Of a stretch of DNA of 64,000 nt, positions 53,953-63,356 are shown in pieces (the first letter of the stretch is position 1; every line of letters starts with the position of its first letter). The notes below the pieces were generated by a model that saw only the letters and a program-made list of their open reading frames with translations, did no database searches and was not told the origin of the DNA. The position numbers were made by a program, and so were the translations under genes. The stretch is taken from contig JBALDB010000018.1 in the NCBI GenBank assembly GCA_036918135.1, forward strand, positions 64,001-128,000. Direction: 5' to 3'. This DNA comes from Nostoc sp. (GTDB taxonomy: Bacteria > Cyanobacteriota > Cyanobacteriia > Cyanobacteriales > Nostocaceae).

Positions 53953-54050
53953 GGCAACTCCAAATAATATTTATTCTCTATAATTGTGAGTAATTTATAT
54001 AAATAATACTCCAAGCTTAAGAAGGCATCCTCTAGAATACTAATAGTTGA

Positions 54051-54671
54051 CTATATCCATCCTCGCAGCTTTTTATGTACCTGCGCCAAATACCACATAT
54101 AATCATCAATTTTGTAATTATCGGCAGCTTTAACTATATATTCCTGAGCCAAATCGAGATTATTTTCAGCCTCATAATATAATCCTAAATAAAGATGACT
54201 GTAAAAATTTCCCTTTATCCCTTCTGACTGACCAACATTTAAAACATCATCTGGCGTACAATCTCCTGCATACAAATCATATACGCGCTGCATCACCCGT
54301 CGAGGGTCATTTTTCACAGTTAGTAAAGAATTACGCGCCTCTTCAACACCTGACAAACGAGCTGTGCAGAGATATCGCCATACTGTTTCTTCTACATCTT
54401 GAGCATTCACAGTCAAATCTATTTCAAACTGTTGAGCGCCCTCAGCGAATCTTTCTGCATAATAGTACGATAATCCACGTTGCCACAGGTAGGGCTTGAC
54501 ACGGGCATCTAATTGTTCTGCTATATTAAAATCTTCAATAGATTCATTAATTTTAGCCAGTTGAAAGTTGACCATCCCTCGGCGAATGTAAGCATTGGAA
54601 TTTTGGGGTTGATTGCGAATGGTTTCGTTCCAGCGCTGGAGTTGATTTTCCAGAGAATTTGCAAAAAACAT
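54051..54671 (-). CDS. TPR-repeat protein
   Basis: AYIRRGMVNF, YLWQRGLSYYY, FYSHLYLGLYYE. Confidence 0.85.
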   Translation of the reverse strand: MFFANSLENQLQRWNETIRNQPQNSNAYIRRGMVNFQLAKINESIEDFNIAEQLDARVKPYLWQRGLSYYYAERFAEGAQQFEIDLTVNAQDVEETVWRYLCTARLSGVEEARNSLLTVKNDPRRVMQRVYDLYAGDCTPDDVLNVGQSEGIKGNFYSHLYLGLYYEAENNLDLAQEYIVKAADNYKIDDYMWYLAQVHKKLRGWI

Positions 54672-54842
54672 GAGTTGCCAAGCCTATATGGAAGATTAAG
54701 TAGCATATTTTCAGCTTTGAGGAGAGTACGTCAATCCCTTTTTTATCTTCCAAATATCAGGCATTGCAGATTAACTGAATAGTTAAGGTTAAAAAACTGT
54801 TTCATGTCATACTAAATTTTGATACTCTGTATTCATTTTCTC

Positions 54843-55322
54843 ATGACCAGCATTATTGAATTTCCTTGGCAGCAAGAGGCAATTATTCGCCACAGTCAAC
54901 GCCTAGTAAATAGTTTTCATCATTGGACAGGAAATTCTTTATTGGAAGTGAATGGTGTACCGCAGGAAATCGCACAGGTATTATTTGAAGCACCATTCGT
55001 TTTAGTTTCTCATGGTACAGAGCCAGACCCAATTTTTAACTATGGTAATCGCAAAGCATTGGAACTATGGGAGCTTTCTTGGGAAGATTTTACTAGAATG
55101 CCTTCTCGAAAATCAGCTCAAGAGGTAGTGCAGGAAGAACGCGATCGCTTATTATCACAAGCAGCAACTAAAGGCTTTATCGCCAACTATTCCGGTCTCC
55201 GCACTTCAAGTAATGGTAAACACTTCTACATAGAAGATACTATCCTCTGGAACGTTTTAGATGAGCAAAATCAGCACTGCGGTCAAGCTGCTTTCTTCTC
55301 TAACTGGAAATTTATTACATAA
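54843..55322 (+). CDS. MEKHLA (PAS-like) domain protein
   Basis: LFEAPFVLVSHGTEPDPIFNYGN, PSRKSA, YSGLRTSS, GQAAFF. Confidence 0.9.
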   Translation: MTSIIEFPWQQEAIIRHSQRLVNSFHHWTGNSLLEVNGVPQEIAQVLFEAPFVLVSHGTEPDPIFNYGNRKALELWELSWEDFTRMPSRKSAQEVVQEERDRLLSQAATKGFIANYSGLRTSSNGKHFYIEDTILWNVLDEQNQHCGQAAFFSNWKFIT

Positions 55323-55527
55323 TTGAAGATAGCAAAATTCAAAAATACATCAGATTTTAAATAAATATCATGTACAAAAAGGTTGTACAAAAAACAATTT
55401 TCAAAAAAATATTACATAAATGCTACTTGTTAACTTAGTTAAAGTCAAATCTATCCACGAGGTAGAAGAAAGTACTTGCACAATTCAGTAATGTAGAGTT
55501 TGTGTCTTAAAATCAGGTAAAACGCCC

Positions 55528-56244
55528 GTGGTTCCCATTAGAGATAATAATCCCACAAAAATCACCCCTTATGTAACTTATGGACTGATTGCTGTCAATG
55601 TATTTGCATTTCTTTATGAAGCAAGTCTACCTCCACGAGCATTAAATGGGTTTTTACACCTTGCAGCTGTAGTCCCACGAGAACTTACCTTAAGCTTTGC
55701 TGGTAACTCTCTGCACCAACTAGTGCCAGAGTGGGCAACTTTAATTACCTCACAATTTTTACATGGCGGTTTCTTGCACTTAGCTGGTAATATGTTGTTT
55801 CTCTGGATTTTTGGTAATAACGTTGAAGATAAATTAGGTCATGCTAAATATTTAGTGTTTTATTTAGCTTGCGGTATTTTGGCATCATTGACCCAATGGT
55901 ATTTTGCTCAAGATTCTAGCATTCCTTCTTTGGGTGCAAGTGGTGCGATCGCAGGTGTGATGGGAGCATATATTCTTCGCTTTCCCAAAGCTGAAGTTCT
56001 CGGTATAGTGCCCTTAGGGTTTTTCTTCCCGACTTTCCGCGTGCCTGCATATTTCTTTTTGGGATTCTGGTTTCTCCAGCAAGCATTCTATGGACTTGCT
56101 AGTCTGGAAGCACCTACCAACATCGGTATGGAAAGCGGCGGTATTGCCTACTGGGCCCATTCAGGTGGGTTTATCTTTGGGGCAATTCTCGGCCCATTAT
56201 TAGGTTTATTTAGTGATAAATCTGAAGAAGAATCTTGGTCATAG
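55528..56244 (+). CDS. Rhomboid intramembrane serine protease
   Basis: FLHGGFLHLAGNM, GASGA (Ser), AYWAHSGG (His). Confidence 0.94.
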   Translation: MVPIRDNNPTKITPYVTYGLIAVNVFAFLYEASLPPRALNGFLHLAAVVPRELTLSFAGNSLHQLVPEWATLITSQFLHGGFLHLAGNMLFLWIFGNNVEDKLGHAKYLVFYLACGILASLTQWYFAQDSSIPSLGASGAIAGVMGAYILRFPKAEVLGIVPLGFFFPTFRVPAYFFLGFWFLQQAFYGLASLEAPTNIGMESGGIAYWAHSGGFIFGAILGPLLGLFSDKSEEESWS

Positions 56245-56434
56245 TAGTTCTCAGTATTTTTCTATTTTTAAGCTCATCCCACTCTTACAAAGGGGGGGAT
56301 TTTATATTATTTGTCCTTTAGAATAATTGTCGAGATATTTTTACCAAACTATTCTGAGTTAAAATAATAAAACTCAACAACTGCTAGTAATACAAGTTAT
56401 ATTACATTTATTCAATAATTTAGGAAAAACATCT

Positions 56435-57106
56435 GTGTTTCCTCTTTACGATGAAAATCCCACGCGAATCACCCCGTATTTCACCTACGGGTTAATTGGC
56501 ATGAATATTTTAGTTTTTATTCATGAGGTAAGTCTGTCAAATGCCCAATTAAATCAGTTTTTAAGTCAGTATGCGGTAATCCCTCAAGAGTTAACCACCA
56601 ATTTATCTGGGGAATGGATCACACTAATTACGTCACAATTCTTACACGGTGGATGGTGGCACTTAATTTCAAATATGGTGTTTCTTTGGGTTTTTGGCAA
56701 CAATATTGAAGATCGTTTAGGTCATTTTAAATATTTAATTTTTTATTTGACATGTGGTTCTTTAGCTGCATTGTGCCAATGGTTTATTGGCGTCAATTCT
56801 GATATTCCTTCTTTAGGAGCAAGTGGGGCAATTTCTGGAGTTTTGGGTGCGTACATTATTCGCTTTCCCCACGCTAGAGTAATGACTTTAGTATTTTTGG
56901 GGATTTTCATCACCACCATTAGAATTCCAGCACTAGTAATAATAGGACTTTTCTTTGTACAAAACGTGATATCCGGCCTTGCAAGTCTGCAAGCAGCCGC
57001 CCATATGAGTGTGGAAACTGGTGGAGTTGCCTATTGGGCACACATCGGTGGTTTTGTTTTTGGAATAATTCTTGCTCCCATATTTGGATTGTTTAGACGT
57101 GACTAA
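56435..57106 (+). CDS. Rhomboid intramembrane serine protease (tandem paralog)
   Basis: FLHGGWWHLISNM, GASGA, AYWAHIGG. Confidence 0.94.
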   Translation: MFPLYDENPTRITPYFTYGLIGMNILVFIHEVSLSNAQLNQFLSQYAVIPQELTTNLSGEWITLITSQFLHGGWWHLISNMVFLWVFGNNIEDRLGHFKYLIFYLTCGSLAALCQWFIGVNSDIPSLGASGAISGVLGAYIIRFPHARVMTLVFLGIFITTIRIPALVIIGLFFVQNVISGLASLQAAAHMSVETGGVAYWAHIGGFVFGIILAPIFGLFRRD

Positions 57107-57207
57107 TGGTCAGCCCCTGCGGGGAAGTCAAAAGTCATTTGTCCTCTGTTACAAAGTTCTGTTCGGAGGTTTCTTCCGAGTCGTGACTTTGCCCTTTATC
57201 ATTTGTG

Positions 57208-57323
57208 ATATTATGTCCGCCTAATTATAATTCCTGCATCTGTGCAAAAACCAGGAAAACCTCTTTCTCCCTGCCCCCTGCTCCCCTGCGCTCTTAATGA
57301 TAGTCTTTAACCGGACATGATAT
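57208..57323. mobile_element. MITE-like element with 17-bp imperfect TIRs
   Basis: ATATTATGTCCGCCTAA ... TTAACCGGACATGATAT (14/17 match), with internal CCCCTGC repeats. Confidence 0.6.
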
Positions 57324-57384
57324 GAGTGGGGACAGAGCATTGGGCATTGGTTATTCTTCCCATCTCCCCCACTCCCTATTTTTT

Positions 57385-59559
57385 CTAAATTTTCCTCGCA
57401 CCTGCTGAAACTTCTTCTGATTCTTCAACATTTTCTGCTTCTACTTCAGATGAAAAGTTAGGTGGAGGTAGAGAAACGATAATATCAGCACCATTAATAA
57501 TCGCTCCTAATAACCCCAGTTCAGATTCAACCAATTGATCGATCGCTTCGCCTAGCATATTCTCTTCTGTATAATGTGGTCGCGCCACTAGTACCATGCC
57601 ATCGCTGTAGGGTTGGATTAACAATGGGTCATTGGATAAACTTAACGGACTAGTATCTAATATCACTAAATCAAAACGCTCGCGGACATCATCCATCAGC
57701 CGCCGGATTTCGCTTGATTCGAGAATAGCAGCGGATTGGCGCACAGGACCGGGGCTGGGAAGAATGTATAAATTTTCTACATCAGGAACTAAACGAATAC
57801 ATTCACTCAAGTCAGCGTAATAACGCAGGGGTTCAATCGTGGCCTCAGGATCGGGAATTACTTTCAAGGACGTACAACGAGAAGGCGATCGCAAATCTGT
57901 TTCAATAATTAAAGTTCTTTTCCCAGCACGAGCAGAAGCAATACCCAAGTTATAAGCACTAGCCGTTTTACCCTCTAGGCTACTGGTACTAGTAATTAAC
58001 ACTACCTTTAAAGCCTTACCACCAATCCGCCGCAGATTACTACGAAACTTTTCATAAAACTCTAGATAGGGAGAATCTGGGGAAAGTACCACTGGTACTG
58101 CTTCTTTATCGAGATCCTCAACTAGCATTAAAGGCAACTCTCCCAACAGTGGCACTTCCCGTTGCTTGAGGCTCTCGCGGATATCTTCTCTGGTTTTGAA
58201 AGTCCCTTCCAACGACCCCAATAAAAATATCACTCCGCCACCAACCAACACACCTAAGAAAGTACCTACAGCAAGGGTAATAGGTACACTCTTAGGCGGT
58301 TTGATATCGGGAATAACTGTCGGCCGTCTGGCAACGCTGAGACTGCTGGTAGTTTCTGCCTCTGCGGTTTTCGCATCCGTTAGCTTCGCCTGCATTTGGT
58401 CATAGATGGCTTTTTTAAGTCCAACCTCCTGTTCCAAACGCCCTCGTTCTAATTGCTTATTTGGTATCAAAGAATACTCTTGTCTCAGTCGCGCTTCTTG
58501 TTGAATTTCTTGAGCTAGTTGTTGTTGGAGTGTCTCCCGTTGGGTTTGTAAAGCCACCATTTGGTTTGCCAACTGTTGGCGGGCTGGATCTAAACTTGAT
58601 GAGGTGCGAATACCAGCAATATTACCCCGAAGTGGAGCCGCCATCCCGTTACCACCTAACACTTCAGCAGCACGTTGTTGCAGTAATTCTTCAGCAGCTT
58701 GTTTTTGACGCTGCAACTGAATCATCGTTGGGTGTTCGGGTCGTAAATCTTTCCTTAGCAAAGCCATTTGCGACTCGCTTTGATAAATTTGCGATCGCAA
58801 GTTGGCAATAATCGGATCGGCACTCAAAGCCGAAGAAACATAAGCCTGTCCGACTGTTAAACCTAACTTATTTTGTAAACTGCGAATTTGCCCATCAACG
58901 CCAGATATGGTTAATTGAATTTGCCGTTGGAGATTTTGGCTAGCAGTAACGGCGCTGAGCAAACTGCCATTTTCAGCTGCTAATATTGCCGTGCGCTCGA
59001 TGCGATCGTACCGTTCCAACTTCTTTTCAGCAATTTGCAATTCCCGTTTAGCTTGTGGTAAGCGATCGTTAATTTTCTGAATAATTGCTTGTAATCGTCC
59101 AGTATTGATGTCATTACTCAACTTGATCATTGATTGCATCAATTCCGCCAACACCTCTATGGCTCGTTTGGGATCGGTATCTACATATTTCAGTTCAAAG
59201 GTAGTAGATTCTAATTCTCCAGTCCTAGCATTTTTTTTAGGCAAAGAAAGGACAACACTCGCACCGAGTTGCTTAGGTTTAATATTTACTCTCTCTGCTA
59301 CTGCTGCAATTATCTGGTTTGATAATAAAACTTCCTCATTTAGTTCCTTACCTTGCTGTTGGATTTCACTACCAGTTGCAGAGAAAGAAACTGGTGGCCC
59401 AGCATAAGTAAGAGCCGCAGATGCTATGTAACTAGGAGGTGGTTCTGGTTGCATAGCCACCACCGTTGACCCCGCTACAATTAAACCGAAACTAGCTAGT
59501 CCAATCCACTTATATTTTTCAAAAGCAATAAGATAGCGTTTAACAATTGGTGGGGTCAT
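57385..59559 (-). CDS. Wzc/GumC-like polysaccharide co-polymerase with a BY-kinase domain
   Basis: Two TM helices flanking a coiled-coil periplasmic region; TSTSSLEGKT (Walker A), IETDLRSP, VILDTSP. Confidence 0.9.
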   Translation of the reverse strand: MTPPIVKRYLIAFEKYKWIGLASFGLIVAGSTVVAMQPEPPPSYIASAALTYAGPPVSFSATGSEIQQQGKELNEEVLLSNQIIAAVAERVNIKPKQLGASVVLSLPKKNARTGELESTTFELKYVDTDPKRAIEVLAELMQSMIKLSNDINTGRLQAIIQKINDRLPQAKRELQIAEKKLERYDRIERTAILAAENGSLLSAVTASQNLQRQIQLTISGVDGQIRSLQNKLGLTVGQAYVSSALSADPIIANLRSQIYQSESQMALLRKDLRPEHPTMIQLQRQKQAAEELLQQRAAEVLGGNGMAAPLRGNIAGIRTSSSLDPARQQLANQMVALQTQRETLQQQLAQEIQQEARLRQEYSLIPNKQLERGRLEQEVGLKKAIYDQMQAKLTDAKTAEAETTSSLSVARRPTVIPDIKPPKSVPITLAVGTFLGVLVGGGVIFLLGSLEGTFKTREDIRESLKQREVPLLGELPLMLVEDLDKEAVPVVLSPDSPYLEFYEKFRSNLRRIGGKALKVVLITSTSSLEGKTASAYNLGIASARAGKRTLIIETDLRSPSRCTSLKVIPDPEATIEPLRYYADLSECIRLVPDVENLYILPSPGPVRQSAAILESSEIRRLMDDVRERFDLVILDTSPLSLSNDPLLIQPYSDGMVLVARPHYTEENMLGEAIDQLVESELGLLGAIINGADIIVSLPPPNFSSEVEAENVEESEEVSAGARKI

Positions 59560-59682
59560 GGCAGAGGCGTATAGTTAGTCATTTATCATTAGTCACTTGT
59601 ACTGAGCCAAGCCGAAGTATTAGTCATTAGGTATTGTTATTCTTCCCATCTCCCTAATCTCTTCACTCCCTACTTACTAATT

Positions 59683-61044
59683 TTAACGACCGCCGAAGTC
59701 ATCAAAAAATCGGAGAAAGGACTGGACATTAAAAAACGGTTGAGTAATGGTACTTAGGAAATTAGTAATTCTACCGATAAGGTTCCGACCAACAACAATA
59801 ACATCATTATCTTGAAGTGGGACGTTTTGAGATGCATCGCCTCCTAGAGCTTTTTTCGCATCAAGTTTTTGGGTAACAGCTTTGCCTCGTTCCGGATCGA
59901 AGCGAACCAAGGCGATATCGCGGAGGTTAGCTGTGTCAAGATTTACTCCTCCCAGAGCATCTACAAATGTACTGCCATTGGGCAGGGCTTGAGTAGAAAG
60001 ACCTCCCGCAGCGTAGTTTAAAACTCGGACTCTGATTTGTGGTGTGGCTAAGGACGAACGTGCTACCAAATTGCGGTCATAACCGTCATCGTTGCCGACT
60101 TCACGACGAGGTACAACGATCGCATCTCCGTCTTGTAAGCGTAAATTAGGGATTGAACCACCATTTTGCAGTGTTGCATACAAGTCAATAGTTTGTGAAA
60201 CCACTGAACCATCAATTAACTTGCGGCGTATTTGCACTTGTCGTAGGTCTGCATTCACCGTTGAACCGCCAGATATTAACAAAGCATCAGCAATGCGGGG
60301 TGTTGGTGAATTAATTGGATAAATTCCTGGTCGAAATATTTCCCCGCTAATCGTAACTTGGACTGGTCGCGCTCCTAGCAACGATACTACCACGATCGGT
60401 TCTACAAAAATTCGACTTAAAGCCAAGCGTATTTTTTCTTGAGCTTCTTCTAAAGTTAAACCTTGTAATGATACCGTTCCTACTTGCGGCACTACAACGT
60501 TGCCTTCTGGACTAATCACAGCTTGAAAAGCAAAGTCTTGACGCTGACTTGCTAGGGCTAAAACTATTACTGGATCGACAACATAACGATTTAAACCCAA
60601 GCGAATTTTTTCTTGAGCTTCTTCCAGAGTTAAACCTTGCAAGGAAACTGTTCCCAGTAACGGTACTACAATGTTACCCTCTGGATTGATTACAGCTTGA
60701 AAGCTTAACTCTGGAAAGCGCTGAACCGAAACGCTAATTCCATCTCCAATTCCTAAGCGATAGGGACCAGGAGGGCGCTGAAGCACAACGCCAATTGTAT
60801 CTCCTGGGCCTAAGAAGTAGCGGCTCAGTTGAGGCGAAGTTTCGTTATTTGCACTTGGAGGTACAACGTCCTCAGTACCCGGCACAGGGAAAGGGGGTTG
60901 CCCTTGAGATGGGAAAGGCTGAGCAACAACAATTTGGGTAGGTGCTGTTAACAAAACCCCTACTTGAAGACTGACAAAACACAGGGCGCTGAATGCACGC
61001 GTATAAGAGTTAGCAGTTATCAACATCGGTGCAGGAAAACTCAT
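59683..61044 (-). CDS. Wza-like polysaccharide export protein (duplicated Poly_export + SLBB)
   Basis: YFLGPGD and YRLGIGD, two GTVSLQGLTLEEAQEKI segments, VTISGEIFRPG, LQDGD. Confidence 0.9.
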   Translation of the reverse strand: MSFPAPMLITANSYTRAFSALCFVSLQVGVLLTAPTQIVVAQPFPSQGQPPFPVPGTEDVVPPSANNETSPQLSRYFLGPGDTIGVVLQRPPGPYRLGIGDGISVSVQRFPELSFQAVINPEGNIVVPLLGTVSLQGLTLEEAQEKIRLGLNRYVVDPVIVLALASQRQDFAFQAVISPEGNVVVPQVGTVSLQGLTLEEAQEKIRLALSRIFVEPIVVVSLLGARPVQVTISGEIFRPGIYPINSPTPRIADALLISGGSTVNADLRQVQIRRKLIDGSVVSQTIDLYATLQNGGSIPNLRLQDGDAIVVPRREVGNDDGYDRNLVARSSLATPQIRVRVLNYAAGGLSTQALPNGSTFVDALGGVNLDTANLRDIALVRFDPERGKAVTQKLDAKKALGGDASQNVPLQDNDVIVVGRNLIGRITNFLSTITQPFFNVQSFLRFFDDFGGR

Positions 61045-61256
61045 GTAAGAATATAGTCGCGCCCATTAGTTATTCTACCTAAAAATGTCCTTGATGTCTC
61101 TTTTGTCTGCAAGTATTTACCAAGAAAAAGCCGAAAAATTGTGTCAATTTTAATTTTTAACTTCATATTTTAAACATCTTTTAACTGAGTTTCAGCCATA
61201 CAGCGATCGCACAAATACTTCTTTAAGTTTCTGCACAAATGTAACTGTGACATAAT

Positions 61257-61976
61257 CTACATAAAAGCCATCAATGCAGCCTGCACCGTTTCACCAATAG
61301 ACTCGGCTAGAGGCCAAGATGTTTCTACTTGTCCCAAAGGTTCCATCGGAATTAAAATACTCACGCTTACCCAAGGAGTGCGCTGCTTACGCCATTGTGA
61401 CAATTGGTCTGCCACAAACCAGTTTAAAGGTGATGGATTTCCACCGTTTGGCATAGCGTACCATTCTAAGACAGCAAAGGTTTGCTGTTGTGTGGAGGCG
61501 CGAAAGAACCTAGCTTCTACTTTCGTTTCAACATTAGAAGCCAACTTCAGAGACGGTTTGACACTAAATTCAGCACCACGATATTGAGCTACATCCCATT
61601 GTCCCCAACGCGACCTTCCCCAGCCGTTAACCTCTGTCCACTCTACCTCTGGTTGATCCATAGGGCCGTTTTGCGGCAACAAAAGTAAAATTGCCTGAGT
61701 TTCGGAGCCTACTTTTTTAATTACCTGCAAAGACCATTTATGTTCGCCAATTTGCTGTTCTGTTTGTTCAACAGTTTGCCAACCGGGAATAGTTAACCCA
61801 GTCTTGCGGATTTGCCTTAATTCCTTAAGATTAGCTACAGGTGGCGGCTGTTTCCATTGCCAGTGTCCTGTTAGGTATCCGGGAACCCCTCCCATCGCCA
61901 AAAGTACTAGCAATAACAAAAGTGCTGCTACCTGACTCAATTGGTTTTGTTTAAAAAATTTAGAGAAGGAAATCAT
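61257..61976 (-). CDS. Cyanoexosortase B system-associated protein
   Basis: N-terminal TM helix, PGYLTGHWQW, QPEVEW; directly downstream of the exosortase. Confidence 0.8.
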   Translation of the reverse strand: MISFSKFFKQNQLSQVAALLLLLVLLAMGGVPGYLTGHWQWKQPPPVANLKELRQIRKTGLTIPGWQTVEQTEQQIGEHKWSLQVIKKVGSETQAILLLLPQNGPMDQPEVEWTEVNGWGRSRWGQWDVAQYRGAEFSVKPSLKLASNVETKVEARFFRASTQQQTFAVLEWYAMPNGGNPSPLNWFVADQLSQWRKQRTPWVSVSILIPMEPLGQVETSWPLAESIGETVQAALMAFM

Positions 61977-62082
61977 TAGTAAAATTTGCAATACTTAGGC
62001 AAAATTTTACTTCAAAAAATCACACTATGAGTTCGGTGATATTTAGGACTTATGTGGGGAATGGGAAGAGGAAGTCAAAAGG

Positions 62083-62216
62083 CAATACGCTTGGGTTAAG
62101 CCTAAAAAATAAATTGCATAGGTTGGGTTGAGGAATGAAACCCAACATTTTCGAGCATTTGTTGGGTTTGGTTTTGTTCAACCCAATCAACAATTATCCT
62201 TAACCCAAGCGTATTA
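62083..62216. mobile_element. MITE with 17-18-bp TIRs and a 10-bp target-site duplication (Nezha-like)
   Basis: AATACGCTTGGGTTAAG (62084-62100) and CTTAACCCAAGCGTATT (62199-62215). AGTCAAAAGG is duplicated at 62073-62082 and 62217-62226. Confidence 0.85.
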
Positions 62217-62288
62217 AGTCAAAAGGTGAAAGGCAAAAGTAAAAACAAAAGAATATAAGTGCGTTTTTACTTTTTACCTTTTAATGCC

Positions 62289-63176
62289 CTATACCCCATC
62301 CTCAATTTCTTCAGATGCAGAGAAATAGTTAGTAATCCAATTAAGTAAAGGCACTAATGACACCAGCATACAAGCAGAGTATAAATCGCCGCCCCAACCC
62401 TCATGAAGCCATTTAAAAGCCGCTTCTTGACCTGTGCCGTGAAAGAAAGTCAGTAAAGTATTACGAATAATATTGGCAGTAATACTAACGATCACACCAA
62501 TAGATAAAAATGATACAGTTGTGCGGCGTGAAGATAACGCGCCTGTCCAATAAAGCAACATCAAGCCGACATAGAGAGTAGTAAATAACATTTTTAATCC
62601 TGCACAATAGGGGGCAACTTCCACAATTCGTCCTCCTACGTAGAGATTTATCTCATCTACAGTTACTTCCATACCAAACTGATTGAGTATGAAGCCTGCG
62701 GTACCAGCAATGAAGCTTTGAAGAGGCAAGGTATAGGGAGCAATCAGGTAGGGTACTGCTGTCGGGGTTGCCAGAAATACCAGTAGCAACGGAAATGCTT
62801 GTAATCGCAAACCTGATATTCCTTTAAACCACAAGCATAATCCTGCTAGGATAACGGGCAGCGAAAGGTTAACCCACTCTCTAACACCGCTCAGATAAAA
62901 TACTCCTCCTAATAACAACAAAACACCGCCTAAAGGATGGATAGTATCTGCTAGACGTGCCCACTGTTTCCGCTTCAACCAGCCCAAATAAGCGGCAAAT
63001 GGTAGACCAATAATCCCGTGACTGAAATATTCATGTTCTGTACTAATATTTTTGTGTAACCAACCATCGAGCCAATGTATCAATATGGGAGCATAAAGCA
63101 GCAGCAAAACGCCTAAAATGGCTAAATTTAACAAGCCTGACACGTTTCTGTTTTTAATTTGTTGCTGGAGTGCCAT
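62289..63176 (-). CDS. crtB: Cyanoexosortase B
   Basis: HEYFSHG, VEVAPYCAG (Cys), ANIIRN (Arg), WLHEG (His) exosortase triad. Here crtB is the exosortase symbol, not phytoene synthase. Confidence 0.9.
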   Translation of the reverse strand: MALQQQIKNRNVSGLLNLAILGVLLLLYAPILIHWLDGWLHKNISTEHEYFSHGIIGLPFAAYLGWLKRKQWARLADTIHPLGGVLLLLGGVFYLSGVREWVNLSLPVILAGLCLWFKGISGLRLQAFPLLLVFLATPTAVPYLIAPYTLPLQSFIAGTAGFILNQFGMEVTVDEINLYVGGRIVEVAPYCAGLKMLFTTLYVGLMLLYWTGALSSRRTTVSFLSIGVIVSITANIIRNTLLTFFHGTGQEAAFKWLHEGWGGDLYSACMLVSLVPLLNWITNYFSASEEIEDGV

Positions 63177-63356
63177 AATTTTAATTAATTATTGGTCATT
63201 AGTCTTCTGTTACAAAGTTACGAGCAAACGAAACCTCCGCTCAACGCTACAAGATTCCGACGCAGGGCGCTGAGGTAGCAGTGGCTCGATGCGCTATGTC
63301 ATTAGTCATTTATTTAAAACTAATGCCTTATGCTCTGTTTGCCCAATGTCCAATGA

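Noticed and set aside
55371..55393. TGTACAAAAA direct repeat as a LexA or NtcA site
   Set aside because: The spacing fits neither RGTAC-N3-DGTWC nor GTA-N8-TAC.
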